Virus record (IMG/VR): IMGVR_UViG_3300003937_000384
Location: 1-58,345 of that record
Source of the DNA: a virus
Lineage: Duplodnaviria > Caudoviricetes
Length of the DNA stretch: 58,345 nt
Reading direction: 5' to 3' (one strand)
Positions 7,160 to 16,897 of the stretch are shown piece after piece; the stretch's first letter is position 1, and every line of letters begins with the position of its first letter. A model generated the notes under the pieces. The model worked only from the letters and a program-made list of their open reading frames with translations. It was not told where the DNA came from and searched no databases. Both the position numbers and the translations under genes were made by a program.

Positions 7160-7639
7160 ATGGATATGAGGTGCTGGGCATTGGTGGGTCTTCTGGCGTT
7201 CACTGCTTCTGCTGACGCTATGCCCAGCCTGTCGTGCCAACTGCAGACTGGCCAGTTCAGGGTGGATGGGGGAGGGCGGCCGAAGGTATCCGCTTTCATT
7301 TGGGCCACGGGTCATGGCTCCGCGATCCCCACCGGCCCCATCCGAACCAGCATCGGCCGCATCGACTCCGTCGAAGGCCGGGACTACAAACGCGCTATCA
7401 AGCTCGATGGAAAGCCGGTTCTGCTGCCTCCCGAAGCGCATAGCGTCATTGGCTTCGGCAAGGTCTATGACTTCAAGGATGCCGTCGCTCTGGTCTATCT
7501 AGGGGAGCGTGAGGAGGACTCCTCTGCGCGGCCTAGTCAGATCGTGATCGTCATCAACAAGGCCGGGTCACTGATTGATAGCGAAGTCCTACCTGGCACT
7601 GCAACGAATCCGGGCAATCACTGCCTACTCATCGACTGA
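7160..7639 (+). CDS. Exported hypothetical protein
   Basis: GAGGAGG RBS; signal peptide ending ..TASADA. Confidence 0.7.
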   Translation: MDMRCWALVGLLAFTASADAMPSLSCQLQTGQFRVDGGGRPKVSAFIWATGHGSAIPTGPIRTSIGRIDSVEGRDYKRAIKLDGKPVLLPPEAHSVIGFGKVYDFKDAVALVYLGEREEDSSARPSQIVIVINKAGSLIDSEVLPGTATNPGNHCLLID

Positions 7640-7649
7640 AGGAACACAC

Positions 7650-7949
7650 ATGAAGAAGCTTTGGACGCTTTCCGCTACTGCGCTGCTGGTTGCTTGCTCG
7701 GGTGGTCCTGGGAGCGGCGATGTTGAGAAAGCCTTGGCCGTGTATTTCAAGGAGGCGACGGGAACGACGATGACGTTTGAGCACTTGAAGGTAGGAGAGT
7801 GCGTGCGTGGGGACAGCCCCGGCTATGCGTGCAGTGTCACCGGAACTGCGCGGTATCAGCTGGGCACTCGCACTGAGCAACAGCAGCTTGTCGGCACTTT
7901 CGTCATCGATAAGGTCGATGGCACTTGGACTGTCGTAGACCGTCGCTGA
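7650..7949 (+). CDS. Lipoprotein
   Basis: MKKLWTLSATALLVA-C lipobox. Confidence 0.75.
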   Translation: MKKLWTLSATALLVACSGGPGSGDVEKALAVYFKEATGTTMTFEHLKVGECVRGDSPGYACSVTGTARYQLGTRTEQQQLVGTFVIDKVDGTWTVVDRR

Positions 7950-7984
7950 CCCAGGTCCTTCCCAACCATCGCTAGGAAGCTCGT

Positions 7985-8521
7985 ATGTGGACCTTGTTCA
8001 AGGTAGTCCGCTGGATCATCACCGGTCTTGCACTTTGGTGGCTGTGCGGTGTGGTGTTCGAAAAGGGCACGACGGCTGAGGGTGCCGTGTTCGGGTTGAT
8101 GCTGTTCGGGCAGCTGGTCTTCTGGCCCCTTGCGCTGCTGTGGGGCTTGCCGTGGCTGTTCCGTCGCCGCGCGCCCAAACTGAAGAAGCATAGGCCTGAA
8201 GAGTTTGAGCCCACTGTTTGCCATGACCATATCGCCTTGGACCTGGGCAGGGACACTATCTGGATCCGGGAGCCCGTGAAGGGCGAGCGCTACCTGCGGC
8301 GGGCTGAAGTGCTCGCCATCCGCACTGGGGAATACAGCTACAAAGGAGTCATCACCCATCGTCTGGAAGTCCAGGTGCGGGACGTTGTTCACCCGCTCTG
8401 GCTGGTTCCTTTCGTGCGCCACTCCGACCGTTGGCTCAAGAGCACAGCTGTCAATGAGACTGAGAGGGATGAATGGTTCGCTAGGATGAAAGCTTGGCTT
8501 ACTGAAACGCGCACCATCTAA
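7985..8521 (+). CDS. Membrane protein (2 N-terminal TM segments)
   Basis: Two hydrophobic stretches followed by a soluble domain. Confidence 0.7.
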   Translation: MWTLFKVVRWIITGLALWWLCGVVFEKGTTAEGAVFGLMLFGQLVFWPLALLWGLPWLFRRRAPKLKKHRPEEFEPTVCHDHIALDLGRDTIWIREPVKGERYLRRAEVLAIRTGEYSYKGVITHRLEVQVRDVVHPLWLVPFVRHSDRWLKSTAVNETERDEWFARMKAWLTETRTI

Positions 8522-8606
8522 GCAGCCCCATTCCAGCGAATGCAGCTAGGCAGGAAAGCAGAGTGGCCCATCCTCCATGCGCGGAATGATGGGCCTATGT
8601 TGCCTC

Positions 8607-8837
8607 TTAGTCTTCGCTTTCCTCAGGCTCCAACTTGCTCAGTTCTCCCAGTCGCAATAAACCGCGCTCGATCATGCTCTGCGCACAAGCAACACAGTAT
8701 CGATCCCAGCCCCGGTCTTTTCGCACCCCTAGTCGAATGTCTCCGCGTTCGATCCTATGTTTACTGTTAGCTTGGCAGTTGTGGGCCTTCTTCGCCCTGT
8801 CTACCATTGTCGAGACGATCAAGGACTTAGTCGCCAT
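8607..8837 (-). CDS. Small Zn-finger-like protein (PARP-type Zn-finger resemblance)
   Basis: RAKKAHNCQANSKHRIERGDIRLG..WDRYCVAC; ATG overlaps the 3' end of the helicase gene. Confidence 0.65.
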   Translation of the reverse strand: MATKSLIVSTMVDRAKKAHNCQANSKHRIERGDIRLGVRKDRGWDRYCVACAQSMIERGLLRLGELSKLEPEESED

Positions 8838-10623
8838 CGAACAGCTTCCTGCAAACGCTTGCTGTAAGGGCATCGAACTGCCCCCGAATGGTGTCCAGTT
8901 CCACCTGTGACATCTCACTTCGTTCCCCTGGCTTCCGGCCGACCAAGGTGTTCGCCGCCTCGTTGAGAGTGGTGACTACCACTACGTAGTTGTCGCGACC
9001 AAGCCGTCTGTGATCCAACTCTCGCCCGCCATGCTTAATTCCTCGCTCATTGAGAATTCGTCCTGCGTGGAGTTGAATAAGCTCGTTAAGAGCGTCTCTG
9101 GCGGCCTGTCGTTTTGCTGCCTTAGGGACAGCGATGGGCTTGAGGGCTTGGGTAGTAGGGTCAAAGTCTGCAGGGATAATTCCGCTCTGCTTCAACAGGC
9201 GAATGGCGTCTTCCTCTTCCTGCTTTAGGAGGTGGATTTCCTGCATTTCCACCTCGGACTGCTCTTTGACCTCGGGCTTCCCATTGGTAGTGTCGCGAGG
9301 CGCATACTCACGGAACTCCGTGGGATCTGCTGGATCCAAGCCTTCAAGAGGAAGAAGCTGGTCAAAGAAGGATTGGTCATCTTCGCTGAACTGCTGGAAG
9401 TCTCCCCACCTGGCGGCAATGTTGCCGCCCGCATGAAAGATCACACTGCCCTGGTTTACAACGTCCCCCGGCGCATCTTGCTTGATTACGCGCATGATTC
9501 GCCCAACGAATTGGACGAATGGAGACAGGTTGGAGAACACGCTAAGGACCGCCGCTACCGACAGGAACGGATGGTCAAAACCTTCGCCAAGTTTTCTCAC
9601 CTGTACGATCACGTCCAGTTGATGATTCGCCAGCCTTTGCATGACTTGGTCATTCTTTTTACTCTCACGGGAATGCACAAAATCGGCCTTCCTTCCCCGT
9701 GCGCGATAAGCCTCCACAATCTGAATGCAATGCTCATAATTCAATGCCGAGGCGATTACCTTTAGGCGTGGCTCCCCTGTCAAGTTACGGAGCCGGTCGA
9801 GCTCCCTGAGGGACGCATCAACAATGGTATTCAGTGTTTCTTCGGACGTTACGATGCTTCTGCGGAAATCCGCGTCCTCCTCACCTAGGCGTCGGACCTC
9901 ATCTAGGGAGACTTCAACCTCCGAATCGCCTGGTCGCCTGACATAGCGTAAGGTCTTCGGATTGAGTTGGATTGCTTTGAGCTGTTTAACATAGCCCGCT
10001 CTGATCGCCTTGAAGATTGGGTATGAGTAAACGACGGGACCGCTCATCATCTGGCCATCAGCTCTAAGAGGCGTGGCGCTGAAGTTCACGACCGAGGCTG
10101 CAGGGAATTTTGCTTTCAGGGCCTCATAGGTTGCTGCAACGCTATGATGGCCCTCGTCGAAAATGATCAGGTCAAAGAAGTCGGCAGGAAGCGTTCGCAA
10201 CCACTTGTTGCCATCGCCGGAAATCTGCTGGATGTTTGTAATGGCAACGTGTGCGGCGTCAAGGTCACTTCGATTTGCATCGGTGCCTCTTATTTCCACT
10301 GGCTCTGGATAATTGGGGCCGTCCATCACATCGCAGCGTGCATAGAATAGCTTCTCGCTACTAAAGTCGAAATCAGCTGCCAGCTGCGTTGCAATCGCAA
10401 CGCCGGGAGCGATGATCAATGCTCGTTTCGATTTATACGCAAATGGAGTGAGCGTTATAGTTCCTGACTTTCCGCATCCCACGGGCAGTACTACGCTAAC
10501 TTCTCTTATGTCCGCACCGTCAGCTACATGCTGTGCTAGCGCCTCATAGGCTCCTTGTTGCGGTTCTCTGACCTTCGGATTTCCAGTAATGCGGGGTGCG
10601 ACATCTTGGAACGGGCTAGACAC
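8827..10623 (-). CDS. SF2 DEAD/DEAH-box helicase (ResIII-like)
   Basis: Q-motif REPQ, Walker A LPVGCGKS, DEGHH, SATP, LGEGFD, and motif VI QFVGRIMR. Confidence 0.9.
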   Translation of the reverse strand: MSSPFQDVAPRITGNPKVREPQQGAYEALAQHVADGADIREVSVVLPVGCGKSGTITLTPFAYKSKRALIIAPGVAIATQLAADFDFSSEKLFYARCDVMDGPNYPEPVEIRGTDANRSDLDAAHVAITNIQQISGDGNKWLRTLPADFFDLIIFDEGHHSVAATYEALKAKFPAASVVNFSATPLRADGQMMSGPVVYSYPIFKAIRAGYVKQLKAIQLNPKTLRYVRRPGDSEVEVSLDEVRRLGEEDADFRRSIVTSEETLNTIVDASLRELDRLRNLTGEPRLKVIASALNYEHCIQIVEAYRARGRKADFVHSRESKKNDQVMQRLANHQLDVIVQVRKLGEGFDHPFLSVAAVLSVFSNLSPFVQFVGRIMRVIKQDAPGDVVNQGSVIFHAGGNIAARWGDFQQFSEDDQSFFDQLLPLEGLDPADPTEFREYAPRDTTNGKPEVKEQSEVEMQEIHLLKQEEEDAIRLLKQSGIIPADFDPTTQALKPIAVPKAAKRQAARDALNELIQLHAGRILNERGIKHGGRELDHRRLGRDNYVVVVTTLNEAANTLVGRKPGERSEMSQVELDTIRGQFDALTASVCRKLFDGD

Positions 10624-11096
10624 GCTTGTTCTCCTGGATACGTATTCTGCTCATGCGAAGTTGGGCGGCGCATTATCTGTGCGCCGTATTGGTCAGCAGC
10701 GGCTGACGTGAGATGTTCATTGCTCGCGCGGGCGTAGATGTCGGCATATTTATTGGTCGTTTTCATCCCGTGCCACAATTATCATCCCGACAGATACATC
10801 TGCCGGGCTTCTTGACGCCTACTGCGAGCTTTTACTTTCCCCCTGAAATTCCCTGGCTGATGCGCCCTTCAGTCATGAGATCCTGCCTCAGGCAACCCAT
10901 CTATTCAATAGTTTGATGTCTGTCACATTTTTGGCGGGGCGCCGCGTGCCTTTCGGCAGGGCCAGACTTGGCAAGACGCGCCGGGACGGGTGGCAAAGCA
11001 GACAGCGAGGCGATAGCAAGAGTCCAGCCCCGAATCTTGGGCACCTGGAGTGGTTGATGGCGTTGCCTAATCATTGTCGCCGCGATCCCCCGGGCG

Positions 11097-12701
11097 CTAC
11101 GACGCCTTCCTCATCCGACTTGCTGGCGTCGTGGAGTGCGCGCTTTTGGCAAGAGCGACCGCTTTTCGTTCACGTGCAGCTGCATTCACCACCCTCCGCT
11201 TCGCTCTGAGTTGCGCTTGCTTGAGAGACTGCGCTGCCTCTCCAGGCTGATAGGCCGGCAGACCTTCGGGAACGGGGAGAAGCGCTACCGCGTCTGCGCG
11301 CGATTGGAGCGTGGGCACATCTACATAGGTTCCGAGCTCGCCGGGCATATGCGCCTTGTGCCCCGTAATGGCAGCGGCAATAGAGCTAAGCACCCCCGCA
11401 TAGAGAAGCCGGGTGCTCGCAGTATGTCGGAACGAGTGGAAGCCCATGCCGGGCTGCATCATGCCCAAGCCAACAAGATAGGCGCGGAACTGATCTCCGA
11501 GGGCGTCCCCGTAGCCTGCCTTCTTATGCCAAGGCAGGTGGGGAAACAGGCGCTCATGGCCCGACTGCGCTACATCTTCGACGTAAGTTAAGAAGCCCGC
11601 CTCCAACAAGCGTGGGTGGAGTGGGATGAAGCGCAAGGAGTTTGCGTTTTTCAGCTTTTGATCCCGCCGCCCCGCACGAATGTGGATTCCCCAAATGCCA
11701 TTCACCTCGGCCACATCGTCGGCATAGAGTTGCCCAAGCTCGTTGACCCGCGCCCCAGTGCCCGCTGCTAGCAGGACTCCCCAGTATCGATCAGGCCGCT
11801 CCTCTGACCAGGGAAGGAACTTCTCCATATCGAAGAGTTGGTTGATTTCCTCAATGCTGAAGGGGCGACGGGGGAGCGTGGCGATTGCGGTGGCCGAGCT
11901 CTGGCGCTTGATTCCATCGAGCGGCGAACGTGTGAGCAGCCCACCGGCTACTTGTGCATTGAGGAAGCTGGCCAGTCGGTCACGATGTTTGCCTAGAGTC
12001 CGATCAGACAGGCCCGCGATAACGAGCCCTTTGGCGCGTTGTTGCTTGACCTTGGCGATGATTTGCGCGGCGCTCAGTTCTTTGTATTCTGCCTTCTTGC
12101 GCGCATTGCTCGGCCAGTCATGAAGCCCATTTAGGAAGGCGCGCACTTGGGTCTCCCCCACTTGCGACATGAGCAGGTCGAGCCCTGCTATTTCGCGGAA
12201 GATGGTGAGCGTGTTTTCACTGTCGAGCAGATTGCCTGGCGATGTCTTAGCGTTCCTAAGGTCTTCCAGGTAGAGACCAACACGCTTTGTCAGGGTGTCC
12301 CCGGCTCCGGGCAGCGGTGAACTTTGGGCAAAGCCTGAGCTCGCGAGTCCCTTGATGGTGTCCAGCAGAGCTTTGGCGTCCTCGCGTCCATTCACCTGTA
12401 GGTCGGTCAATCTCGCGCCGTTAGGCAGCTCAATGTTCCCGGTCCAGCGGTCAATGGTTCCGGCCAACGCTCTCAGCAGGGCGTCCCGATCCTTCTCGGT
12501 CATTGGGCTACGTCTGATGCGGTCGAATGCCTGAGAGAGTGCCACAGCGGCGCTTGCCGCTGTAAGCCGCATCAGATCGATTGAAGCAGGGGGCAGGCGT
12601 CGCACCAGGTAGCGGGAGCCAATAAGAGGCTGTAGATCCGTAGGCACAAAAAAACGGACGTATAGCCCGCTCGGTCGGCGCAGGAAAAATGGCTTTGGCA
12701 C
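11097..12701 (-). CDS. int: Tyrosine integrase with DUF6538-like N-terminus
   Basis: TGARVNE, KLKN, FHSFRH, ITGH and a C-terminal Tyr; N-terminus LYVRFFVPTDLQ. Likely GTG start at 12701. Confidence 0.9.
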   Translation of the reverse strand: MPKPFFLRRPSGLYVRFFVPTDLQPLIGSRYLVRRLPPASIDLMRLTAASAAVALSQAFDRIRRSPMTEKDRDALLRALAGTIDRWTGNIELPNGARLTDLQVNGREDAKALLDTIKGLASSGFAQSSPLPGAGDTLTKRVGLYLEDLRNAKTSPGNLLDSENTLTIFREIAGLDLLMSQVGETQVRAFLNGLHDWPSNARKKAEYKELSAAQIIAKVKQQRAKGLVIAGLSDRTLGKHRDRLASFLNAQVAGGLLTRSPLDGIKRQSSATAIATLPRRPFSIEEINQLFDMEKFLPWSEERPDRYWGVLLAAGTGARVNELGQLYADDVAEVNGIWGIHIRAGRRDQKLKNANSLRFIPLHPRLLEAGFLTYVEDVAQSGHERLFPHLPWHKKAGYGDALGDQFRAYLVGLGMMQPGMGFHSFRHTASTRLLYAGVLSSIAAAITGHKAHMPGELGTYVDVPTLQSRADAVALLPVPEGLPAYQPGEAAQSLKQAQLRAKRRVVNAAARERKAVALAKSAHSTTPASRMRKAS

Positions 12702-12807
12702 GGAGTGATACCTACTTTGATACCTGCAGACAGGCTCAGTTCGTGTATCACTCCGATGCCAAAACCCTTGCAAAATCAGCCACTTAGTGATAGATTTTGC
12801 AAGCAGT

Positions 12808-13161
12808 TGGTGGAGGTGGGCGGAATTGAACCGCCGTCCGAAGGCACTCCATCCCCAGCACTACATGCTTAGCTCACCGTTGGATCTCGTCCCCGAACAG
12901 CACGGTGCGCAAAGCGCATCCGGGAACCAGCCTGTTGTGTTCTAGTGCCGGACTGACAGGCAGCCACCCAGCGCGATTCCATGATAGTGACTCTACACCG
13001 CGAGCATGGACACAAGCGGTTTCGAGGCTTAGGCCTTAAGCGGCCAGAGCGTAGTTGTCGTCGTTGGCAACTAGAGTTTTGCAGCTGGATTTACGAGGAA
13101 AGCTACCCCCTCGGCATGCGCCAGGCGACTTCACAACCCCCGTCGAAACCAATGCACCCCC
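12808..13161 (-). ncRNA. ssrA: tmRNA
   Basis: 5' GGGGGTG pairs with 3' CACCTCC-A-CCA; T-arm present; tag ORF 13036-13068 encodes ANDDNYALAA*. Confidence 0.98.
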
Positions 13162-13358
13162 GGTTTCTTCAAGTATTGCAAGGCTTTTGGGGTCAATGCT
13201 GGCAAAAAGCTGGCACTAACCCTGCCCAACGAGCCGAATAGTACGGCAATCTTCCTGAACAGTCACGCGGCAAGTCATTCCTGTTCATCTTCACTTGCTG
13301 AACAATCGCAGCGTATGCGACGCTCTGGCCGGACGCTTAAGGGGCAAGGAGCTCCGGC

Positions 13359-14192
13359 ATGTCGGTCACGCAATTGCTGGGACCAAGCAGCTACCTGTCT
13401 TACCTTGGTAAGGCGGGTGACGGCTGTGACGCCAACACGCACAAGGCGAGGGTGGAGTTTGAGCCTGGCACGCCAGTCGATGCCTATGTGAAGGTTTATG
13501 ACGAAGGTGACGCGCCCAAGGGTCTCGTCAACGAACTCATCGGCTACGTCTTGGCGAAGCATGCTGACATCGATGTGCCGGTGCGATCCGCGATCATGTT
13601 GTTGTCGAATGCCCAGACGGGCTACCTGCCTGATGGGTTCAGGCCGATGAAGGACGCGAGCGGCAGCGTCGTGGCGTGGTGCGTCGAGGACGTTGGCGGC
13701 AACACTCCAAAGCAGGCCTTTAGATGGAAAGAAGAGCAGGGGCTAGAGGCACTTCGTGATGACCTAAAGAAGTGGCAGAAGCTGGTTGATGTGGTTGCAC
13801 TGGATGCTTGGGTACTCAATGAGGATCGGAATCTCGGAAACCTCGTCCGCATGGCGCCAGGGAAATATGCTGTTATTGATCACGGCCGGGTCTGTACGGG
13901 GAACGCGTGGGCTGTTCCTTTGGATAGAGCTCGGGTGAGTCACACGAATAAGCTGGCTCTCGCCGCTTGGGACTCTCATAACGTCGAGCAGGCCCCTGCG
14001 AAAGTCAGATCCGGAGTTCTCAGCGCATTTGAGGCTCATGCAACCGTTCTCGCCAAGGCGGATCTCGACTTGTTGGAGTGGCTGCCCCGTCTTGTGGAGG
14101 GCCTAGAGGAACAAGACGTGAAGGATTTCCTGCAGCAGCGCGCAACTTCCGTCCCGAAACACTACAAGACAGCATTCCAGGTGCTGCTATGA
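13359..14192 (+). CDS. HipA-like Ser/Thr kinase
   Basis: YVK, NELIGY.LA, catalytic loop NEDRNLGN, IDHG. Confidence 0.82.
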   Translation: MSVTQLLGPSSYLSYLGKAGDGCDANTHKARVEFEPGTPVDAYVKVYDEGDAPKGLVNELIGYVLAKHADIDVPVRSAIMLLSNAQTGYLPDGFRPMKDASGSVVAWCVEDVGGNTPKQAFRWKEEQGLEALRDDLKKWQKLVDVVALDAWVLNEDRNLGNLVRMAPGKYAVIDHGRVCTGNAWAVPLDRARVSHTNKLALAAWDSHNVEQAPAKVRSGVLSAFEAHATVLAKADLDLLEWLPRLVEGLEEQDVKDFLQQRATSVPKHYKTAFQVLL

Positions 14193-15040
14193 ATCTGACA
14201 AGTCTACTCAGGACGTCCAATTCGAGTGCTGGCCAGGCCGTTGAAGGCGTGTGGCAGAACATTCGCTGGCTGCCTGATGCGGCCACAGGTGAAGTATTGA
14301 ACCTTGGCGTCCGGTTCAGGGCAGGCACTGGACAGAGCATAGTGCGCCTGATCGACTCATTCGATAGGGTCAAATGTCTTTATGACGCCAGCGTGGCAAG
14401 CGATGCGGAGTTTCTCGTGAGGGTCGTCGGTGACGCGTTGGCGGCTGGATTCGAGATACCAGCAACTGGCATCTTCCTCAGCGAGGAAAAGTATGCCTCC
14501 GGAACCAACGCCCGTGCAGTTGTCGATGACCTTTTTTTCCGAACCGTTCCGCTGGCCCGCCCGCGCGCGGACGCAGAGCGCGGCGGCAAGGGGCTGAAGA
14601 CGGAGCCGAATGACGCCATCAGAAGTGTCGTCTTTGACGAGCTACGGCGCATCTCAGGACTTCGCGCTGAGTCCATCATCCGCGGGGAGAACCAATTCGA
14701 GGTTAGGGAGCCCGGGAAGACTCACTACCTAGATATTCCACTCCAGTCCAATCGGGCGCTCGGTACGATCGTCTCGGCAAGGTTCGCCAAAAGGAAGGAT
14801 GCCGAGCTAAGGCTCTTGCGCGCAGACAACGATCTGCAGATTGCAAAGCGTGTCTACCAAGGAGATCGGATGCTGATGTACGTGGTTCGACATGATTCAG
14901 GAGCTGCAGCAGCCGAGCGGTTTGATGAGCTGCTGGATGATTTCTCATGGAAATTCAGTAGGGTCGGAGTAGAAATGAAGAGCTACTCTGATCCTCTGCT
15001 GGTTGCCGAAGACGTCGTCACTGATATGTTGGCCGCCTAG
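14189..15040 (+). CDS. DUF3037-like protein
   Basis: IRWLPDAATGEVLNLGV N-terminal motif; ATGA overlap with the kinase stop. Confidence 0.7.
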   Translation: MNLTSLLRTSNSSAGQAVEGVWQNIRWLPDAATGEVLNLGVRFRAGTGQSIVRLIDSFDRVKCLYDASVASDAEFLVRVVGDALAAGFEIPATGIFLSEEKYASGTNARAVVDDLFFRTVPLARPRADAERGGKGLKTEPNDAIRSVVFDELRRISGLRAESIIRGENQFEVREPGKTHYLDIPLQSNRALGTIVSARFAKRKDAELRLLRADNDLQIAKRVYQGDRMLMYVVRHDSGAAAAERFDELLDDFSWKFSRVGVEMKSYSDPLLVAEDVVTDMLAA

Positions 15041-15052
15041 GAGGAGCTCGGT

Positions 15053-15751
15053 TTGGACGGACAGCTAGACAGCGAACCTGATGCACCCACTGAGGACTTG
15101 GGTGAGTTTGGGGGTTCGGGCTGGTATCGACGGACCAGAGCAGATCTCTATGCTGCCGCGACGCACCTATTCGCCTTTCAGCGGGAAAGGGAATGCGAGC
15201 GCTACTTTCTCTTAGCGGCGATCCGTAGGACGCTCTCCCTGGAGATGGCGTTCCGCCAAGCTGTTGACTCGAAGAACGGTCAAATGGCTATGACCATTGT
15301 CAGGTTGAATCTTGATACCTTGGCCAGGACATACGCACTTTACTGGGCCGAGCAGACTCCCGGTCTGACGGCGGAAGAGTTTGCCAGGCGTGTCGCATCG
15401 GGTGTGAGTATCAAGGATATGAAGCTTCGTGGGGCAAAGGAAAAGGCTAGCGATCGATGGCTGATAGATCAGATTAAGCCCTTGGCAGATTGGATCCCGG
15501 ATGTCTATCGACGAACATCGGGTGCCATCCATTTCTCTGAATTTCACATCGCGCAGATGCTCCAGCAGTCCAAAAAAAAGGGTGCGGAAGGGGACGGTTC
15601 CGTCCTCATAAGGCTGGCTCTTGGGCCGACCGATGAAGTGCGAAGCCCGACCCGTTACCGCGAGGTTTCCCAAGCCTTTCTCCACATTACGATGATGTTG
15701 ATCGCACTGCTAAAGCACAGGTGTGAGCTAGCCCATCTTGCCAGGCAGTAA
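15053..15751 (+). CDS. Helical protein with a HEPN-like motif (DUF5677-like)
   Basis: AGGAG RBS with TTG start; YRRTSGAIH (Rx5-6H). Confidence 0.5.
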   Translation: MDGQLDSEPDAPTEDLGEFGGSGWYRRTRADLYAAATHLFAFQRERECERYFLLAAIRRTLSLEMAFRQAVDSKNGQMAMTIVRLNLDTLARTYALYWAEQTPGLTAEEFARRVASGVSIKDMKLRGAKEKASDRWLIDQIKPLADWIPDVYRRTSGAIHFSEFHIAQMLQQSKKKGAEGDGSVLIRLALGPTDEVRSPTRYREVSQAFLHITMMLIALLKHRCELAHLARQ

Positions 15752-16897
15752 GGTCCAGACGGCCGCGGCCTTCGCACCAGCATCGGGGACCATCGACGGG
15801 ATCCACCGGCCGTACTTCTTCGCGGTGATCGTCCAGTCGCGGTGCCCCATCTGCCTCGCGACCCACATGACGTTCTCGCCGGCGCTGAGCGCCTGGGAAG
15901 CGAAGGTGTGGCGCATCTGATACGGGTAGCGATACCTGACCCCAGCCTTGCGCAGTGCGCGCTGCCATTCGCCGGCGCGGATGCTCTGATCCGACCCCCA
16001 CCGCGCATTCGTCCTGGGATCATGGAAGACGAACTCGCCGGCGGTGGCGGTATGGGCACGCTGGGCCTTCAGGGCATCGATCGCTGGTTGCAGCAGCTGC
16101 ACCTCGCGCACGCCGGACTCTGTCTTGGGTGCCTTCATCTTGCCCATGACCCAGGCACGCCGGATCTTGACCGTTCCCTTGCGCCAGTCGATGTCCGACC
16201 AGCAGAGGCCGATCATTTCCGAGGTGCGCAGGCCCGTGGCGAAGTTGAACTGGCAGTAGTTGCGGACCTGGTCCTCGCGGCAGGCGGCCAGGATTGCCTG
16301 GACTTCCTCCGGCGTGAAGGGATCGACCTCTTCGCGCGCATTGGCCTTGGCACGCCGCTTCACCCTGAACCCGTCGAGGGGATTGCTGGGGATCAAGTCG
16401 TCGGCCACGGCCTCATCCAGCGCACCGCGGAGCGGGCCCAGGACGTTGTTGATGCGCTTCGCCGACGTCGACTCGTCGAACGTGGCTACCAGCTCCTTCA
16501 GCGCGATACGGTCGAAGTCACGCAGCGCGATCGCTCCGCAGCGCGGCACCAGGATGTTCTCGACGATGCGCCGGTAGCCGATCAGGCTGCTGTGCTCGAG
16601 CTCGGGCTCTTTCTGCGCCAGCCACCGGGTCAGCACCTGCTCCAGGTTGTCCAGGGCTGCAGGGCGGGTGGCGACCTGACGGGCACGCTTGCTGTTGGGA
16701 AAGTGGGTGGCGTAGTCGAACGTGCCTTTCTCGATCTCGATCTTGATCTGCCCCAGCAGGTTTTCGCAGTACCGCAGATTTCGTGCGGTTGGGGGCAGTT
16801 TCAGCCGTTCGCGACAGCGCTTGCCGCGGTAGTGAAAGGTTATCTCGATGCTGCCTTGTGAAACTGGCCTGACGCCGCTCTGCCTTGGACTACCCAC
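15728..16897 (-). CDS. int: Prophage tyrosine integrase (DUF3596-type arm domain)
   Basis: SIEITFHYRGKRCRERL..FDYATHFPNS; TGLRTSE, PKT, YQMRHT, MGH, KKYG. GTG start at 16897. Confidence 0.93.
   Translation of the reverse strand: MGSPRQSGVRPVSQGSIEITFHYRGKRCRERLKLPPTARNLRYCENLLGQIKIEIEKGTFDYATHFPNSKRARQVATRPAALDNLEQVLTRWLAQKEPELEHSSLIGYRRIVENILVPRCGAIALRDFDRIALKELVATFDESTSAKRINNVLGPLRGALDEAVADDLIPSNPLDGFRVKRRAKANAREEVDPFTPEEVQAILAACREDQVRNYCQFNFATGLRTSEMIGLCWSDIDWRKGTVKIRRAWVMGKMKAPKTESGVREVQLLQPAIDALKAQRAHTATAGEFVFHDPRTNARWGSDQSIRAGEWQRALRKAGVRYRYPYQMRHTFASQALSAGENVMWVARQMGHRDWTITAKKYGRWIPSMVPDAGAKAAAVWTLLPGKMG

Larger units (their letters stand above)
318..12824. mobile_element. ~12.5 kb integrative mobilizable element inserted at the tmRNA 3' end
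   Basis: Flanking att direct repeats, integrase next to ssrA, MOBQ relaxase and oriT. No T4SS or replicase genes. Confidence 0.88.

Noticed and set aside
12981-13241. 86-aa ORF on the + strand
   Set aside because: Antisense to tmRNA; spurious.
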